Positions 19,298 through 28,295 of a stretch of 64,000 nt of DNA are shown here, one piece after another (position 1 is the stretch's first letter; each line of letters starts with the position of its first letter). Under the pieces are notes generated by a model, which worked only from the letters and a program-made list of their open reading frames with translations, did no database searches and was not told where the DNA came from. A program made the position numbers and the translations under genes. Origin of the DNA: Ferroacidibacillus organovorans (GTDB lineage: Bacteria; Bacillota; Bacilli; Alicyclobacillales; SLC66). The stretch covers positions 1 through 64,000 of the forward strand of contig NZ_LSUQ01000005.1 in NCBI RefSeq assembly GCF_001642725.1. Direction: 5' to 3'.

Positions 19298-20959
19298 ATG
19301 AAACATCGTAAAAAAATAGGACTTGTCAGCGCAGCGGTTCTCGTCGGGACGCTCGCTGGTTTCACGCAACCGTCGCACGCTGTCGCGCGACTCGGCCAGC
19401 ATGCAGCGAAACACGCAAGCGCAAACACGACACCGCTTACCATTGTTCCGGGACCAAACGGGGATTTTCAAAATGATTTCAACCCATTCTCACCTGCTGC
19501 GAATTACGGAACGATCGGACTGATTTACCAACCGCTTTTCTATTTTGACAACATCAGTGGAAAAACCTATCCGCTCATGGGCATGTCGTATTCGTGGACG
19601 AACGCGAACAAAACGTTAATCGTACATTTACGCAATGCGAAGTGGTCGAATGGAACCGCATTCACGTCGAGTGACGTTGTTTTTACATTTGATCTGCTGA
19701 AAAAGTATCCTGCGGCAGACGCGAACGGTGTGTGGTCACAGCTTTCCTCGGTGCAGGCGAGAGGTCCTCACGAAGTGGTCTTTCAGTTCAAACAGGCGAA
19801 TGTTCCATTTGCCTCTTACGTTCTAGAGCAATTCATTGTACCGCAACGCGTCTGGGCGAAACTTGGCGACCCGACAAAGGTCGGCGCGATGCAACCGATG
19901 GGTACTGGACCTTACATTCTGTCCTCTTTTAACGCTCAAGATTATAAATTCTACTCTAATCTTCAATATTGGGGCGGTCCTCCGGTCGTCCGCAATCTCG
20001 ACTTTCCTGCGTATTCTGGTAACCAGAGTGCAGACTTGGCGCTCGCAACCGGGCAAATCGCGTGGGCAGGGATTTTTATTCCGAGCATTCAGTCGATCTA
20101 TGCGTCAAAGAATCCGCACAATAAGTACTGGTTTCCGCCGTCAAACGTTGTCATGCTCTATACGAATCTGCAAGATCCACTGTTGAGCCAACTCCCTGTG
20201 CGTCAGGCCATGAGTCTTGCGATCAACCGCAATCAACTCTATTTGCAAGGGGAGTACGGTTATGAGCCGCCAGCGAGCCCCACGGGACTCGTGCTTCCGA
20301 ACAATAAGGCGTGGGTGGATCACGCTCTTCCGAAGCAGGATCTCGCCTTCTCATACAACCCGGCCAAAGCGATACAAATTCTTGAAAAGGCCGGATTTAA
20401 GAAAAATGCGCAAGGCATTTTTTCCAAAAACGGGAAACCGCTCTCCTTTACGCTACAAGTTGTCTCTGGTTGGACCGACTGGGATACGGATGCTTCCCTC
20501 ATAGCCAACCAACTCGGGAAAATTGGCATCAAGGTGAACGTACAAGAGGAGCAGTTTGGAGCATACTTCAGCAACATCAACAGTGCCAAGAAAAACTATC
20601 AACTGGCCATTTCCTGGACGAATACGGGACCGTCCCCTTACTTCCTGTATCAGAACATGTTAAACAGTAAGGGATCCTTCAACGTCGAACAGTTGCGCAA
20701 TGCGACGGTCGATCACGCGCTCCAGATGTTCTCTCAAACCTCATCGTCAGCGGTTCAACACCAGGCGATCAATACGCTTGAAAAGTACATGGCAGAGCAG
20801 CTTCCGAGCATTCCACTCGTGTTTGGTGCTACATGGAATGAGTATAACGACACGAACTATACAGGGTGGCCAACGGCGAGCAATCCGTATGTGAACCCAG
20901 CGCCCTTTACTCCAATTTCAGTAGGCATTGTCTTGACCCACTTGAAACCTGTCAACTAA
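19298..20959 (+). CDS. ABC transporter family-5 (Opp/Dpp-type) substrate-binding protein, probably oligosaccharide
   Basis: 'FNPF', 'WSNG..FTS.DVVFTF', 'GTGPY', 'VRQAMSLAINR', 'GWTDW'; context with GH1; ATG behind AAGGGGGG. Confidence 0.92.
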   Translation: MKHRKKIGLVSAAVLVGTLAGFTQPSHAVARLGQHAAKHASANTTPLTIVPGPNGDFQNDFNPFSPAANYGTIGLIYQPLFYFDNISGKTYPLMGMSYSWTNANKTLIVHLRNAKWSNGTAFTSSDVVFTFDLLKKYPAADANGVWSQLSSVQARGPHEVVFQFKQANVPFASYVLEQFIVPQRVWAKLGDPTKVGAMQPMGTGPYILSSFNAQDYKFYSNLQYWGGPPVVRNLDFPAYSGNQSADLALATGQIAWAGIFIPSIQSIYASKNPHNKYWFPPSNVVMLYTNLQDPLLSQLPVRQAMSLAINRNQLYLQGEYGYEPPASPTGLVLPNNKAWVDHALPKQDLAFSYNPAKAIQILEKAGFKKNAQGIFSKNGKPLSFTLQVVSGWTDWDTDASLIANQLGKIGIKVNVQEEQFGAYFSNINSAKKNYQLAISWTNTGPSPYFLYQNMLNSKGSFNVEQLRNATVDHALQMFSQTSSSAVQHQAINTLEKYMAEQLPSIPLVFGATWNEYNDTNYTGWPTASNPYVNPAPFTPISVGIVLTHLKPVN

Positions 20960-21002
20960 GGTTGATTCACCTATTGACACGTTGGGAAAAGCGTGACTTG
21001 TT

Positions 21003-21037
21003 CCGGAAGATGCATCGAAGTTCGATGGATCTTCCGG
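21003..21037 (+). other. Intercistronic stem-loop after SBP gene (likely mRNA stabiliser)
   Basis: CCGGAAGATgCATCGAAgTTCGATGgATCTTCCGG, no T tail. Confidence 0.6.
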
Positions 21038-21075
21038 GCGCCTATTTGAGAGTCTTTGTGTAAGGGGGAAATGCA

Positions 21076-22065
21076 ATGCGTTATTTTTTTAATCGCTTAG
21101 GGTTCCTGCTCATCTCACTCTGGGCAGCCGTCACACTCAACTTTGTCCTGCCGCGGCTCATGCCCGGCAACCCGGCGGAGATCATGTTTGCCAAGTTTCA
21201 GGGACGCATGCTTCCGCAGGAACTGCACGCACTTGAGTTGCAGTTTGGATTCAGCAATCAACCGTGGCCAATTCAATACTTCCAATATCTTGGTAATATG
21301 ATCACAGGGCATTTTGGCCTATCCTTTACGTATTATCCTGTACCTGTTGCGACGGTAATCGCCACCAGTTTACCTTGGACGATCGGTGCAGTGGGATTTG
21401 CGACGCTGCTCTCGGTGATTGTGGGTTCTTTTGGTGGAATTCTGATCGCTTGGCGACGCGGTGGAATGCTCGATCGCACCCTTCCAATCGCCACGATGTT
21501 TTTTCAAGCGATTCCCTATAACTGGAGTGCCTTTATGTTGCTTTTCGTTTTCGGGTTTACGTTGAATTGGTTTCCGATGTACCACAGTTATGGAACGAAT
21601 CAGACACCAGGTTTTAATTGGCCATTTCTTTCTAGCGTTTTACGGCACGGCGTTCTCCCTGTCGCCACGATTTTTATCAGTGGCGTCAGCGGCTGGATTA
21701 TCGGAATGCGCAACAACATGATCAACACGCTCGGCGAAGACTACGTTGTCTTTGCAGAAGCGAAAGGAGTCTCTGCGCGGCGTTTGATGTTTTCGTACGC
21801 GGCGCGAAACGCATTGCTCCCTCAGGTGACGGGTTTGGCGATTGCGCTCAGTTCGATTGTCGGCGGCTCGATTCTCATGGAGCAGGTTTTTTCGTACCCC
21901 GGTATCGGCTTTCAACTCAACACGGCAGTATCCAATGAAGATTATCCGCTGATTCAAGGCATGTTTCTCATCATCGCGCTGTGCGTTTTGATCGCGAACT
22001 TTATCGTCGACATGGTCTATGCGAGGCTTGATCCACGCGTGCGCACAGGGGGTGCATCGTCGTGA
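21076..22065 (+). CDS. ABC permease (OppB/DppB type)
   Basis: 'LPRLMPGNPA', EAA loop 'EDYV.FAEAKG', 'DYPLIQG', 'LDPRVR'. Confidence 0.95.
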   Translation: MRYFFNRLGFLLISLWAAVTLNFVLPRLMPGNPAEIMFAKFQGRMLPQELHALELQFGFSNQPWPIQYFQYLGNMITGHFGLSFTYYPVPVATVIATSLPWTIGAVGFATLLSVIVGSFGGILIAWRRGGMLDRTLPIATMFFQAIPYNWSAFMLLFVFGFTLNWFPMYHSYGTNQTPGFNWPFLSSVLRHGVLPVATIFISGVSGWIIGMRNNMINTLGEDYVVFAEAKGVSARRLMFSYAARNALLPQVTGLAIALSSIVGGSILMEQVFSYPGIGFQLNTAVSNEDYPLIQGMFLIIALCVLIANFIVDMVYARLDPRVRTGGASS

Positions 22066-22988
22066 TCGCGGAAGCTACACTGCCTAAATCACAGCCGCCT
22101 GCCGTGGTTAAAAAGAAACGATGGAGGAATTTGCGCGCCTTTGTTCGCAATCCGCGCGCGATTGCGGGCATGAGCATTCTCGGGATCTTTGTCTTTATCG
22201 CCGTATTTGCTCCGTGGATTGCTCGCTACAATCCACAAGCCACGGAATTTCTGCCGTCGCAGGGACCGAGCGCAGCGCACTGGTTCGGCACGACCAACAC
22301 GGGTCAGGATCTTTTTTCACAGTTTGTGTGGGGGACGCAAACGACACTCTTGGTCGGGTTTGGCGGAGGGACCATTCAATTGATTCTAGGTCTCACCATC
22401 GGCATGTATGGCGGCTATAAGGGCGGCGTTATTGATGCGATCTTAAACGTCCTATCGAACATTTTCCTCGTGTTGCCCGCATTGGCGCTGCTTATCGTTA
22501 TTGAATCCTACATTCGTAACACGACACCGCTTATCAACGGACTAATCATCGGGCTTACCGGGTGGGCGTGGGGCGCGCGCGTCTTTCGAGCGCAGACGAT
22601 GTCTTTGGTGGGTCGCGACTTTGTGGTCGCCGCGAAGCTCTCTGGTCAGTCTGATTGGCGAATCATGTTTACCGAAATTCTCCCTAACATGTACTCAATT
22701 GCCGCATCCAGCTTTATGTACTCGTGTCTCGGTGCCATTCTCGCCGAGGCGGGACTCGCCTATCTCGGGCTTGAAAACCTGAATTCTAACAGTTGGGGAA
22801 CGATTCTCTACTGGGCGTTTAACGGTGACGCAATGTTAACCGGCGCCTGGTACTGGTTTGTGCCGCCAGGTCTCGCGATTGCGCTTGTTGGCATGAGCTT
22901 TGCCTTGATGAATTTTGCAATGGATCAGATCACGAATCCGCGACTCAACGTGGCGAAGCGAAGGGGGAGCCAACGTGACAGAGCGTAA
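22062..22988 (+). CDS. ABC permease (OppC/DppC type)
   Basis: 'PS.AHWFGT...GQD', 'DFV.AAKLSG', 'EILPN', 'SWG'. Confidence 0.95.
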   Translation: MIAEATLPKSQPPAVVKKKRWRNLRAFVRNPRAIAGMSILGIFVFIAVFAPWIARYNPQATEFLPSQGPSAAHWFGTTNTGQDLFSQFVWGTQTTLLVGFGGGTIQLILGLTIGMYGGYKGGVIDAILNVLSNIFLVLPALALLIVIESYIRNTTPLINGLIIGLTGWAWGARVFRAQTMSLVGRDFVVAAKLSGQSDWRIMFTEILPNMYSIAASSFMYSCLGAILAEAGLAYLGLENLNSNSWGTILYWAFNGDAMLTGAWYWFVPPGLAIALVGMSFALMNFAMDQITNPRLNVAKRRGSQRDRA

Positions 22989-23967
22989 ACCTGTCCTCGA
23001 AATCGAGCATCTCTCTGTTGCGTATGACTCACCGCGCGGCCCCGTCCAGGCAGTTAACGACGTTTCGCTCGCGATCTATGAAGAGGAGATCGTCGGGCTG
23101 GTCGGGGAATCAGGTTCTGGGAAATCGACCATGGCGTACGCGATCATGCGGTTATTAAAAGGTGTGGCGTATGTTACAGGCGGAAGCATCAAAATCAACG
23201 GTAAAGATGTTTACGGTTTATCCAAGCAGGAGTTACGGGCGTTTCGCTGGGCTGAGATGGCAATGGTGTTTCAAAGTGCGATGAGCGCGCTCAATCCAGT
23301 GATGACCGTCGAACAGCAGATTGCAGATACGATCCGCAGTCATCAGAAAAATGCGTCGTCTGCGGAGATTCGCAAGCGCGCGGAAGAGCTTCTCGACCTT
23401 GTGCGCATTGATCGCAAGCATCTCAAAAGCTATCCGCATCAACTCTCGGGTGGGATGAAACAGCGTGTCGTTATCGCGATTGCGATTTGTCTCAAGCCGT
23501 CGCTTGTGATCATGGATGAGCCGACGACTGCGCTCGACGTGGTGGTGCAGCGCTCGATTCTGGATCAGATTCAGGAGATTCAACGCGAGGTAAAGTTCGC
23601 CATTCTCTTCATCAGCCATGATTTCAGTCTCGTCTCCGAACTCGCTTCACGCGTGGCAATCATGTACGCGGGGCGCGTGGTTGAGTTGGCGGGCAGTCGC
23701 CGACTCCGCGTCGCCGGTGAGCATCACCCGTATACAGAGGGCTTGTTACGGGCGATTCCGCGTTTGACGGCGGATGATGTTGTGATTGAGGGAATTCCCG
23801 GCAATCCGCCGAATCTCGTGGAACTCCCGAGTGGATGTGCGTTTCATCCGCGCTGCGCACACGCGACAGAGCGCTGTGCCGTGGAGGAACCGCGGCTGCA
23901 AAAGACGGGACAGGCGGAAATTGCGTGCCACTTGTTCCAGGGTCGGGAGGTTCCCCAACATGTCTGA
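22975..23967 (+). CDS. ABC ATP-binding protein (OppD type)
   Basis: GESGSGKS, LSGGMKQR, MDEPTTALD, HPYT, Cys-rich tail; GTG behind AGGGGGAG. Confidence 0.96.
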   Translation: MTERKPVLEIEHLSVAYDSPRGPVQAVNDVSLAIYEEEIVGLVGESGSGKSTMAYAIMRLLKGVAYVTGGSIKINGKDVYGLSKQELRAFRWAEMAMVFQSAMSALNPVMTVEQQIADTIRSHQKNASSAEIRKRAEELLDLVRIDRKHLKSYPHQLSGGMKQRVVIAIAICLKPSLVIMDEPTTALDVVVQRSILDQIQEIQREVKFAILFISHDFSLVSELASRVAIMYAGRVVELAGSRRLRVAGEHHPYTEGLLRAIPRLTADDVVIEGIPGNPPNLVELPSGCAFHPRCAHATERCAVEEPRLQKTGQAEIACHLFQGREVPQHV

Positions 23968-24925
23968 TGATCCACTTTTACGTGTAGATGAGCTTGTCGT
24001 GCGTTTTCCCATAAAGGCAAACGGTCAGAAAACGTTTATCCGCCCGGTTGATCGGGTGTCATTTTTCATACGCGAGGGTGAGGTTCTCGCGTTGGTTGGT
24101 GAGTCGGGAAGCGGAAAAACGACAATTGGGAAAGCCATGATGCGCATTCTTGAACCGACGAGCGGCTCGATTCTTTTTGATCAAAAAGAAGTAGGGCATG
24201 TGCGGGGGAGGAAACTGATCGATTATCGCACGAGTGTTCAAATGATCTTTCAGGACCCGTTTGGTTCACTGAATCCTGTGCGAACGATCGAGCAACACCT
24301 TCAGTTTCCGCTGCAAAAGCATCAGCAGTTGCGTGGGCAGGCGCTTGATGAGCGAATCACCAGCTTGCTTGAGCAGGTGGGATTGACTCCTGTCGCGGAA
24401 ACGCGGATCAAGTACCCGCACGAGTTATCCGGAGGCCAACGCCAGCGTGTCGCGATTGCGCGCGCTCTCGCGGTGGGTCCGCGCTTTCTCGTGGCGGACG
24501 AACCCATTTCGATGCTGGATGTATCCATTCGCGCGGGTATCCTGCGACTTATGAATGAGTTGAAGGAGCAGTATCGGCTGGCATTTCTCTATATTACTCA
24601 TGATCTTGCGTCTGCGCGTTACTTTGGGGATCGCATTATGGTAATGTATGGCGGTAAAATTATGGAGAGTGCTGATTCGCGTGAATTGTTGCGCAGACCG
24701 CTCCATCCCTACACGCAACTGCTGCTTGCGGCGACTCCTGGTCACGAAGAGAAGCAGGCATTGCCGGAAACGAGCAATCTGCCTCCGAATTTGGCGGAGT
24801 CGCGCAAAGGCTGTCCGTTTGCTTCGCGGTGTCCGCATGTCACGGCACAGTGTGAGCAAGAAGAACCGAAGCTTGAAGAGATTACTGATTCACACGCTGT
24901 CGCCTGTCATCTTGTGTCAACGTGA
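23960..24925 (+). CDS. ABC ATP-binding protein (OppF type)
   Basis: GESGSGKT, LSGGQRQR, ADEPISMLD, HPYT, GCPF..RCP. Confidence 0.96.
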   Translation: MSDDPLLRVDELVVRFPIKANGQKTFIRPVDRVSFFIREGEVLALVGESGSGKTTIGKAMMRILEPTSGSILFDQKEVGHVRGRKLIDYRTSVQMIFQDPFGSLNPVRTIEQHLQFPLQKHQQLRGQALDERITSLLEQVGLTPVAETRIKYPHELSGGQRQRVAIARALAVGPRFLVADEPISMLDVSIRAGILRLMNELKEQYRLAFLYITHDLASARYFGDRIMVMYGGKIMESADSRELLRRPLHPYTQLLLAATPGHEEKQALPETSNLPPNLAESRKGCPFASRCPHVTAQCEQEEPKLEEITDSHAVACHLVST

Positions 24926-24967
24926 CGTGTGTTTGAGGATGATGTGTAGGAAGGAGGAAGCCATTCT

Positions 24968-25978
24968 ATGCCTTCCATTCGGGATGTGGCAGAAAGAGCC
25001 GGTGTATCGATTACAGCGGTTTCGCGTGCACTGAATGACTACCCAGACATTAATGCGGATACAAAGGCGCGCATTCTGCGCGTTGTGGAAGAGATGCGCT
25101 ATTATCCAAAAGCGTCTGCCCGCAGTTTGGTTATGAATAAATCGAACATCATTGGCGTGTATTATCCAACCCGTGACGGGATTGGATTTCAACAGCCGTT
25201 TATCGGGACGATGCTCGATATCTTTAAAGATGAGATTGGGAAACTGGGCTATGACTTGATGATCCTTGGCAATTCGACAGCTCCTTTTGATAGTTTCAGC
25301 CTGTTTGAACGGGTGAAACATCGAGAGGTTGATGGCGTTGTTCTGCTGGGGAAAACAGATGAGACGATTAAACAGCTGGCTGAGTCAAATGTTCCTCTGG
25401 TAGGCATTGATCATTTTGTTACAGGGCCACGCTGTGGCTCCGTGACCTCGGAGAATCGACGCGCCGTGCATGACGCAGTGGAGCGGCTTGTGCGGGGGGG
25501 ATACCAGAGGATTGCATTTGCTCACGGGCCGCTTGATTTGCCTGTCGCGGTGGAACGATTGCAAGGGTTTTACAGTGGGATGGCGGCGATGGGGCGTGCG
25601 GTGGAGCGTGCATGGGTTGTAGACGGGTCTTTCTCACTCGAAGGTGGGGTCGCATCTGCTAAGGCGCTTCTCGCATGCGCCTCGATGCCGGACGTTGTTC
25701 TTTGTGCGGCGGATATTACTGCGATCGGGATCATGCAGGAGTTTTTTCGATCAGGCATCTCGATTCCAGATGATGTGAGCTTGGTCGGATTTGACGACAT
25801 AGCGGCAGCGAGTTATGTCTATCCTCCGTTGACGACAATTCGCCAAGATGTAAATGGGCTTGGAAAACGCGCTGCACAAATGATGGTGGATTTGATTGAG
25901 GGTGGAAGCGATGCATTTCCGATGCACTATGTATTGCCAACCGAGTTTATCGTACGCAATAGCACAAGGAACATGTGA
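24968..25978 (+). CDS. LacI family transcriptional regulator
   Basis: 'IRDVAERAGVSITAVSRALN' HTH; 'IPDDVSLVGFDD', 'PPLTTIRQ'. Confidence 0.96.
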   Translation: MPSIRDVAERAGVSITAVSRALNDYPDINADTKARILRVVEEMRYYPKASARSLVMNKSNIIGVYYPTRDGIGFQQPFIGTMLDIFKDEIGKLGYDLMILGNSTAPFDSFSLFERVKHREVDGVVLLGKTDETIKQLAESNVPLVGIDHFVTGPRCGSVTSENRRAVHDAVERLVRGGYQRIAFAHGPLDLPVAVERLQGFYSGMAAMGRAVERAWVVDGSFSLEGGVASAKALLACASMPDVVLCAADITAIGIMQEFFRSGISIPDDVSLVGFDDIAAASYVYPPLTTIRQDVNGLGKRAAQMMVDLIEGGSDAFPMHYVLPTEFIVRNSTRNM

Positions 25979-26058
25979 TGTGCCGGTGCGATGCAAGTTG
26001 TGCGATTTAATAGATACGGAATGGGGGATTGTCCTTGGGAATTACGCTTTGGGATGAC

Positions 26059-27390
26059 ATGATGAAGGTGAATTTTCCAAAGGATTTTGTGTGGGGGGTC
26101 GCATCGTCTTCCTATCAGATTGAAGGTGGGGTTAACAAGGATGGTCGCGGTTCGACGATCTGGGACGACTTTTGCGCGATGCCAGGCGTGATTGCGGATG
26201 GTTCTGACGGAGCGGTTGCGTGTGATCACTACCATCGCTATCGCGAAGATTTTGCGTTGATGCAATCGATGGGGATTAAGCATTATCGTTTCTCGCTTGC
26301 GTGGTCGCGCTTGTACCCGGACGGGGACGGTGAGTTGAACCAGGCAGGACTGACTTTTTACACGAGACTTTTGGATGCGCTGGACGAGTACGGCATCGAA
26401 CCGATGGTGACACTTTACCACTGGGATTTGCCTTCGGCGCTACAGGCGCGGGGTGGGTGGGCCAATCGGGAGACTGCCTATGCGTTTGCGCGTTATGCAA
26501 AAGCGGTCTTCGCGTTTTTTGGACATCGCGTGCGAAGGTTCATCACCCACAATGAGCCGTGGTGCACCGCGTATCTCGGTCACGGGATTGGCATTCACGC
26601 GCCCGGAATTCGCAACCACGCGCAAATGCTCGATGTTGCGCACCATCTGATGCTCTCCCACGGACTCGCTGTGCAGGCATATCGAGCGGCGGGCTTTGCA
26701 GGGGAGATCGGTATTACACTCAATCTAAACCAAGTATATCCTGAAACAGAACGCGCGGAGGACATTTTGGCGGCCGAGCGAATCGGTGTCTTTCACAACG
26801 GTTGGTTTCTCGATCCCATTCTTAAGGGAAGCTATTCGAGTTTGTTTGGTGAGGTCTTTGGGAAGATGCCTGCTGCAATACAAGAAGGCGATCTTGAAGT
26901 GATTGCACAGCCGATCGATTTCTTGGGGATTAACTATTACTCCTATAGCGTAGTGGCGCATGATGAGAACAGCGCGCACGCCAAAACGCGCAATGTCACA
27001 CCTCACGATCGCGTGACCGACATGGATTGGCCCATTCTGGGTCAGGGATTGCGTGATTTATTGATTGATTTGCATCAAACGTACGGAAAGGTGCCGCTCT
27101 ATATCACGGAGAATGGCTGTGCGCAGATCGATCGTCTTGAAGGGGATCGCGTTCATGACATTTCGCGAATCAACTATTTGAGCGAACATTTTGCGGCGCT
27201 CAGCGATGCACTTCTTCAGGGTGTTCCGCTGCTTGGCTATTACGCATGGACGTTTATGGATAATTTTGAGTGGGGTTACGGATACACGAAAACGTTTGGT
27301 CTTGTGTATGTCGATTGGGCGACACAGACCAGAATTCCCAAAGACAGCGCATTTTGGTACGCTGAGTTGCTTCGCTCGTTCGACCATTAG
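26059..27390 (+). CDS. bglA: GH1 beta-glucosidase
   Basis: FP..F.WG.ASSSYQIEG, acid/base THNEP, nucleophile ITENG, W..MDNFEW. Confidence 0.95.
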   Translation: MMKVNFPKDFVWGVASSSYQIEGGVNKDGRGSTIWDDFCAMPGVIADGSDGAVACDHYHRYREDFALMQSMGIKHYRFSLAWSRLYPDGDGELNQAGLTFYTRLLDALDEYGIEPMVTLYHWDLPSALQARGGWANRETAYAFARYAKAVFAFFGHRVRRFITHNEPWCTAYLGHGIGIHAPGIRNHAQMLDVAHHLMLSHGLAVQAYRAAGFAGEIGITLNLNQVYPETERAEDILAAERIGVFHNGWFLDPILKGSYSSLFGEVFGKMPAAIQEGDLEVIAQPIDFLGINYYSYSVVAHDENSAHAKTRNVTPHDRVTDMDWPILGQGLRDLLIDLHQTYGKVPLYITENGCAQIDRLEGDRVHDISRINYLSEHFAALSDALLQGVPLLGYYAWTFMDNFEWGYGYTKTFGLVYVDWATQTRIPKDSAFWYAELLRSFDH

Positions 27391-27417
27391 CCTGTGTCGC
27401 CGAGGTAGCGGAATGAT

Positions 27418-27446
27418 TTGCTTTCTCTTTGAAGGGGATGTATAAT
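27418..27446 (+). promoter_or_regulatory. SigA promoter of tRNA-Asp
   Basis: TTGCTT-17-TATAAT, 13 nt upstream of the tRNA. Confidence 0.75.
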
Positions 27447-27459
27447 CATGAAGTTACTT

Positions 27460-27536
27460 GGAGCTGTGGTGTAGTGGCCTAACATGCCTGCCTGTCACGC
27501 AGGAGATCGCGGGTTCGAATCCCGTCAGCTCCGCCA
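27460..27536 (+). tRNA. tRNA-Asp (anticodon GTC)
   Basis: Acceptor GGAGCTG/CAGCTCC, anticodon arm CCTGC-ctGTCac-GCAGG, TTCGAAT loop, CCA. Confidence 0.97.
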
Positions 27537-27540
27537 TAGT

Positions 27541-27580
27541 GCGGTGATTGCGTTCTTCGGCGCGATCGCCGCATTATTTT
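27541..27580 (+). terminator. Hairpin after tRNA-Asp
   Basis: GCGGTGATTGCGT-tcttcg-GCGCGATCGCCGC then ATTATTTT. Confidence 0.6.
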
Positions 27581-27599
27581 ATGTTCTGGAGGTGACCGC

Positions 27600-28295
27600 G
27601 TGTATCACATTCTGGTCGTTGAAGACGAAGAAGCGATTTCAGATATTCTCCAGTTTCATCTTGAAAAGGCTGGGTATCAAGTGATTACGGCAGCCGATGG
27701 AGAAGAGGCCCTTCGCGTGGCGCGCGAACAGTCGATGGATCTCGTACTCCTCGATGTGATGCTCCCGAAAAAAGACGGCTACGAGGTTTGCAAAGAGATA
27801 CGCCAGTTTTCACAAGTTCCGGTCATCATGTTGACAGCGAGGGACTCCGAAGTGGATAAAGTATTGGGGCTCGAGCTTGGCGCGGATGATTATGTGACGA
27901 AGCCTTTTAGTTCACGCGAATTGATGGCGCGTGTCAAAGCGAACTTGCGTAGAACAGCGCAACCTGACGAGAGTTCGGTTTTGACGCAGCGCGAGCATAT
28001 CGTCCACGGCGATTTGCGCATTGATATGAATCTCATTCAAGTGTTTCGCGACGGCGTGGAGATTCCACTGACGCATCGCGAATTTGAGCTATTGTTATTT
28101 CTCGTCAGGCACCCAGGTGTCGTGTTTAGCCGAACGCAATTGCTTCAGGATGTTTGGGGGTATGACTATCTCGGGGATGAGCGAACCGTCGATGTGACCG
28201 TTCGCCGCATGCGTGAGAAATTGGAGCTCGATCCAAGCAATCCAGTCTATCTTCTCACGCGACGCGGGACAGGCTATTTCTTTCGTAAGCCATGA
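27600..28295 (+). CDS. walR: Response regulator WalR (YycF)
   Basis: OmpR-type receiver/winged helix, 'LLDVMLP', 'LTHREFELL', 'RTVDVTVRR.REKLE'; heads wal operon. Confidence 0.92.
   Translation: MYHILVVEDEEAISDILQFHLEKAGYQVITAADGEEALRVAREQSMDLVLLDVMLPKKDGYEVCKEIRQFSQVPVIMLTARDSEVDKVLGLELGADDYVTKPFSSRELMARVKANLRRTAQPDESSVLTQREHIVHGDLRIDMNLIQVFRDGVEIPLTHREFELLLFLVRHPGVVFSRTQLLQDVWGYDYLGDERTVDVTVRRMREKLELDPSNPVYLLTRRGTGYFFRKP

Noticed and set aside
27484..27684. 66-aa ORF MPACHAGDRGFESRQLRH
   Set aside because: Translation of the tRNA-Asp gene
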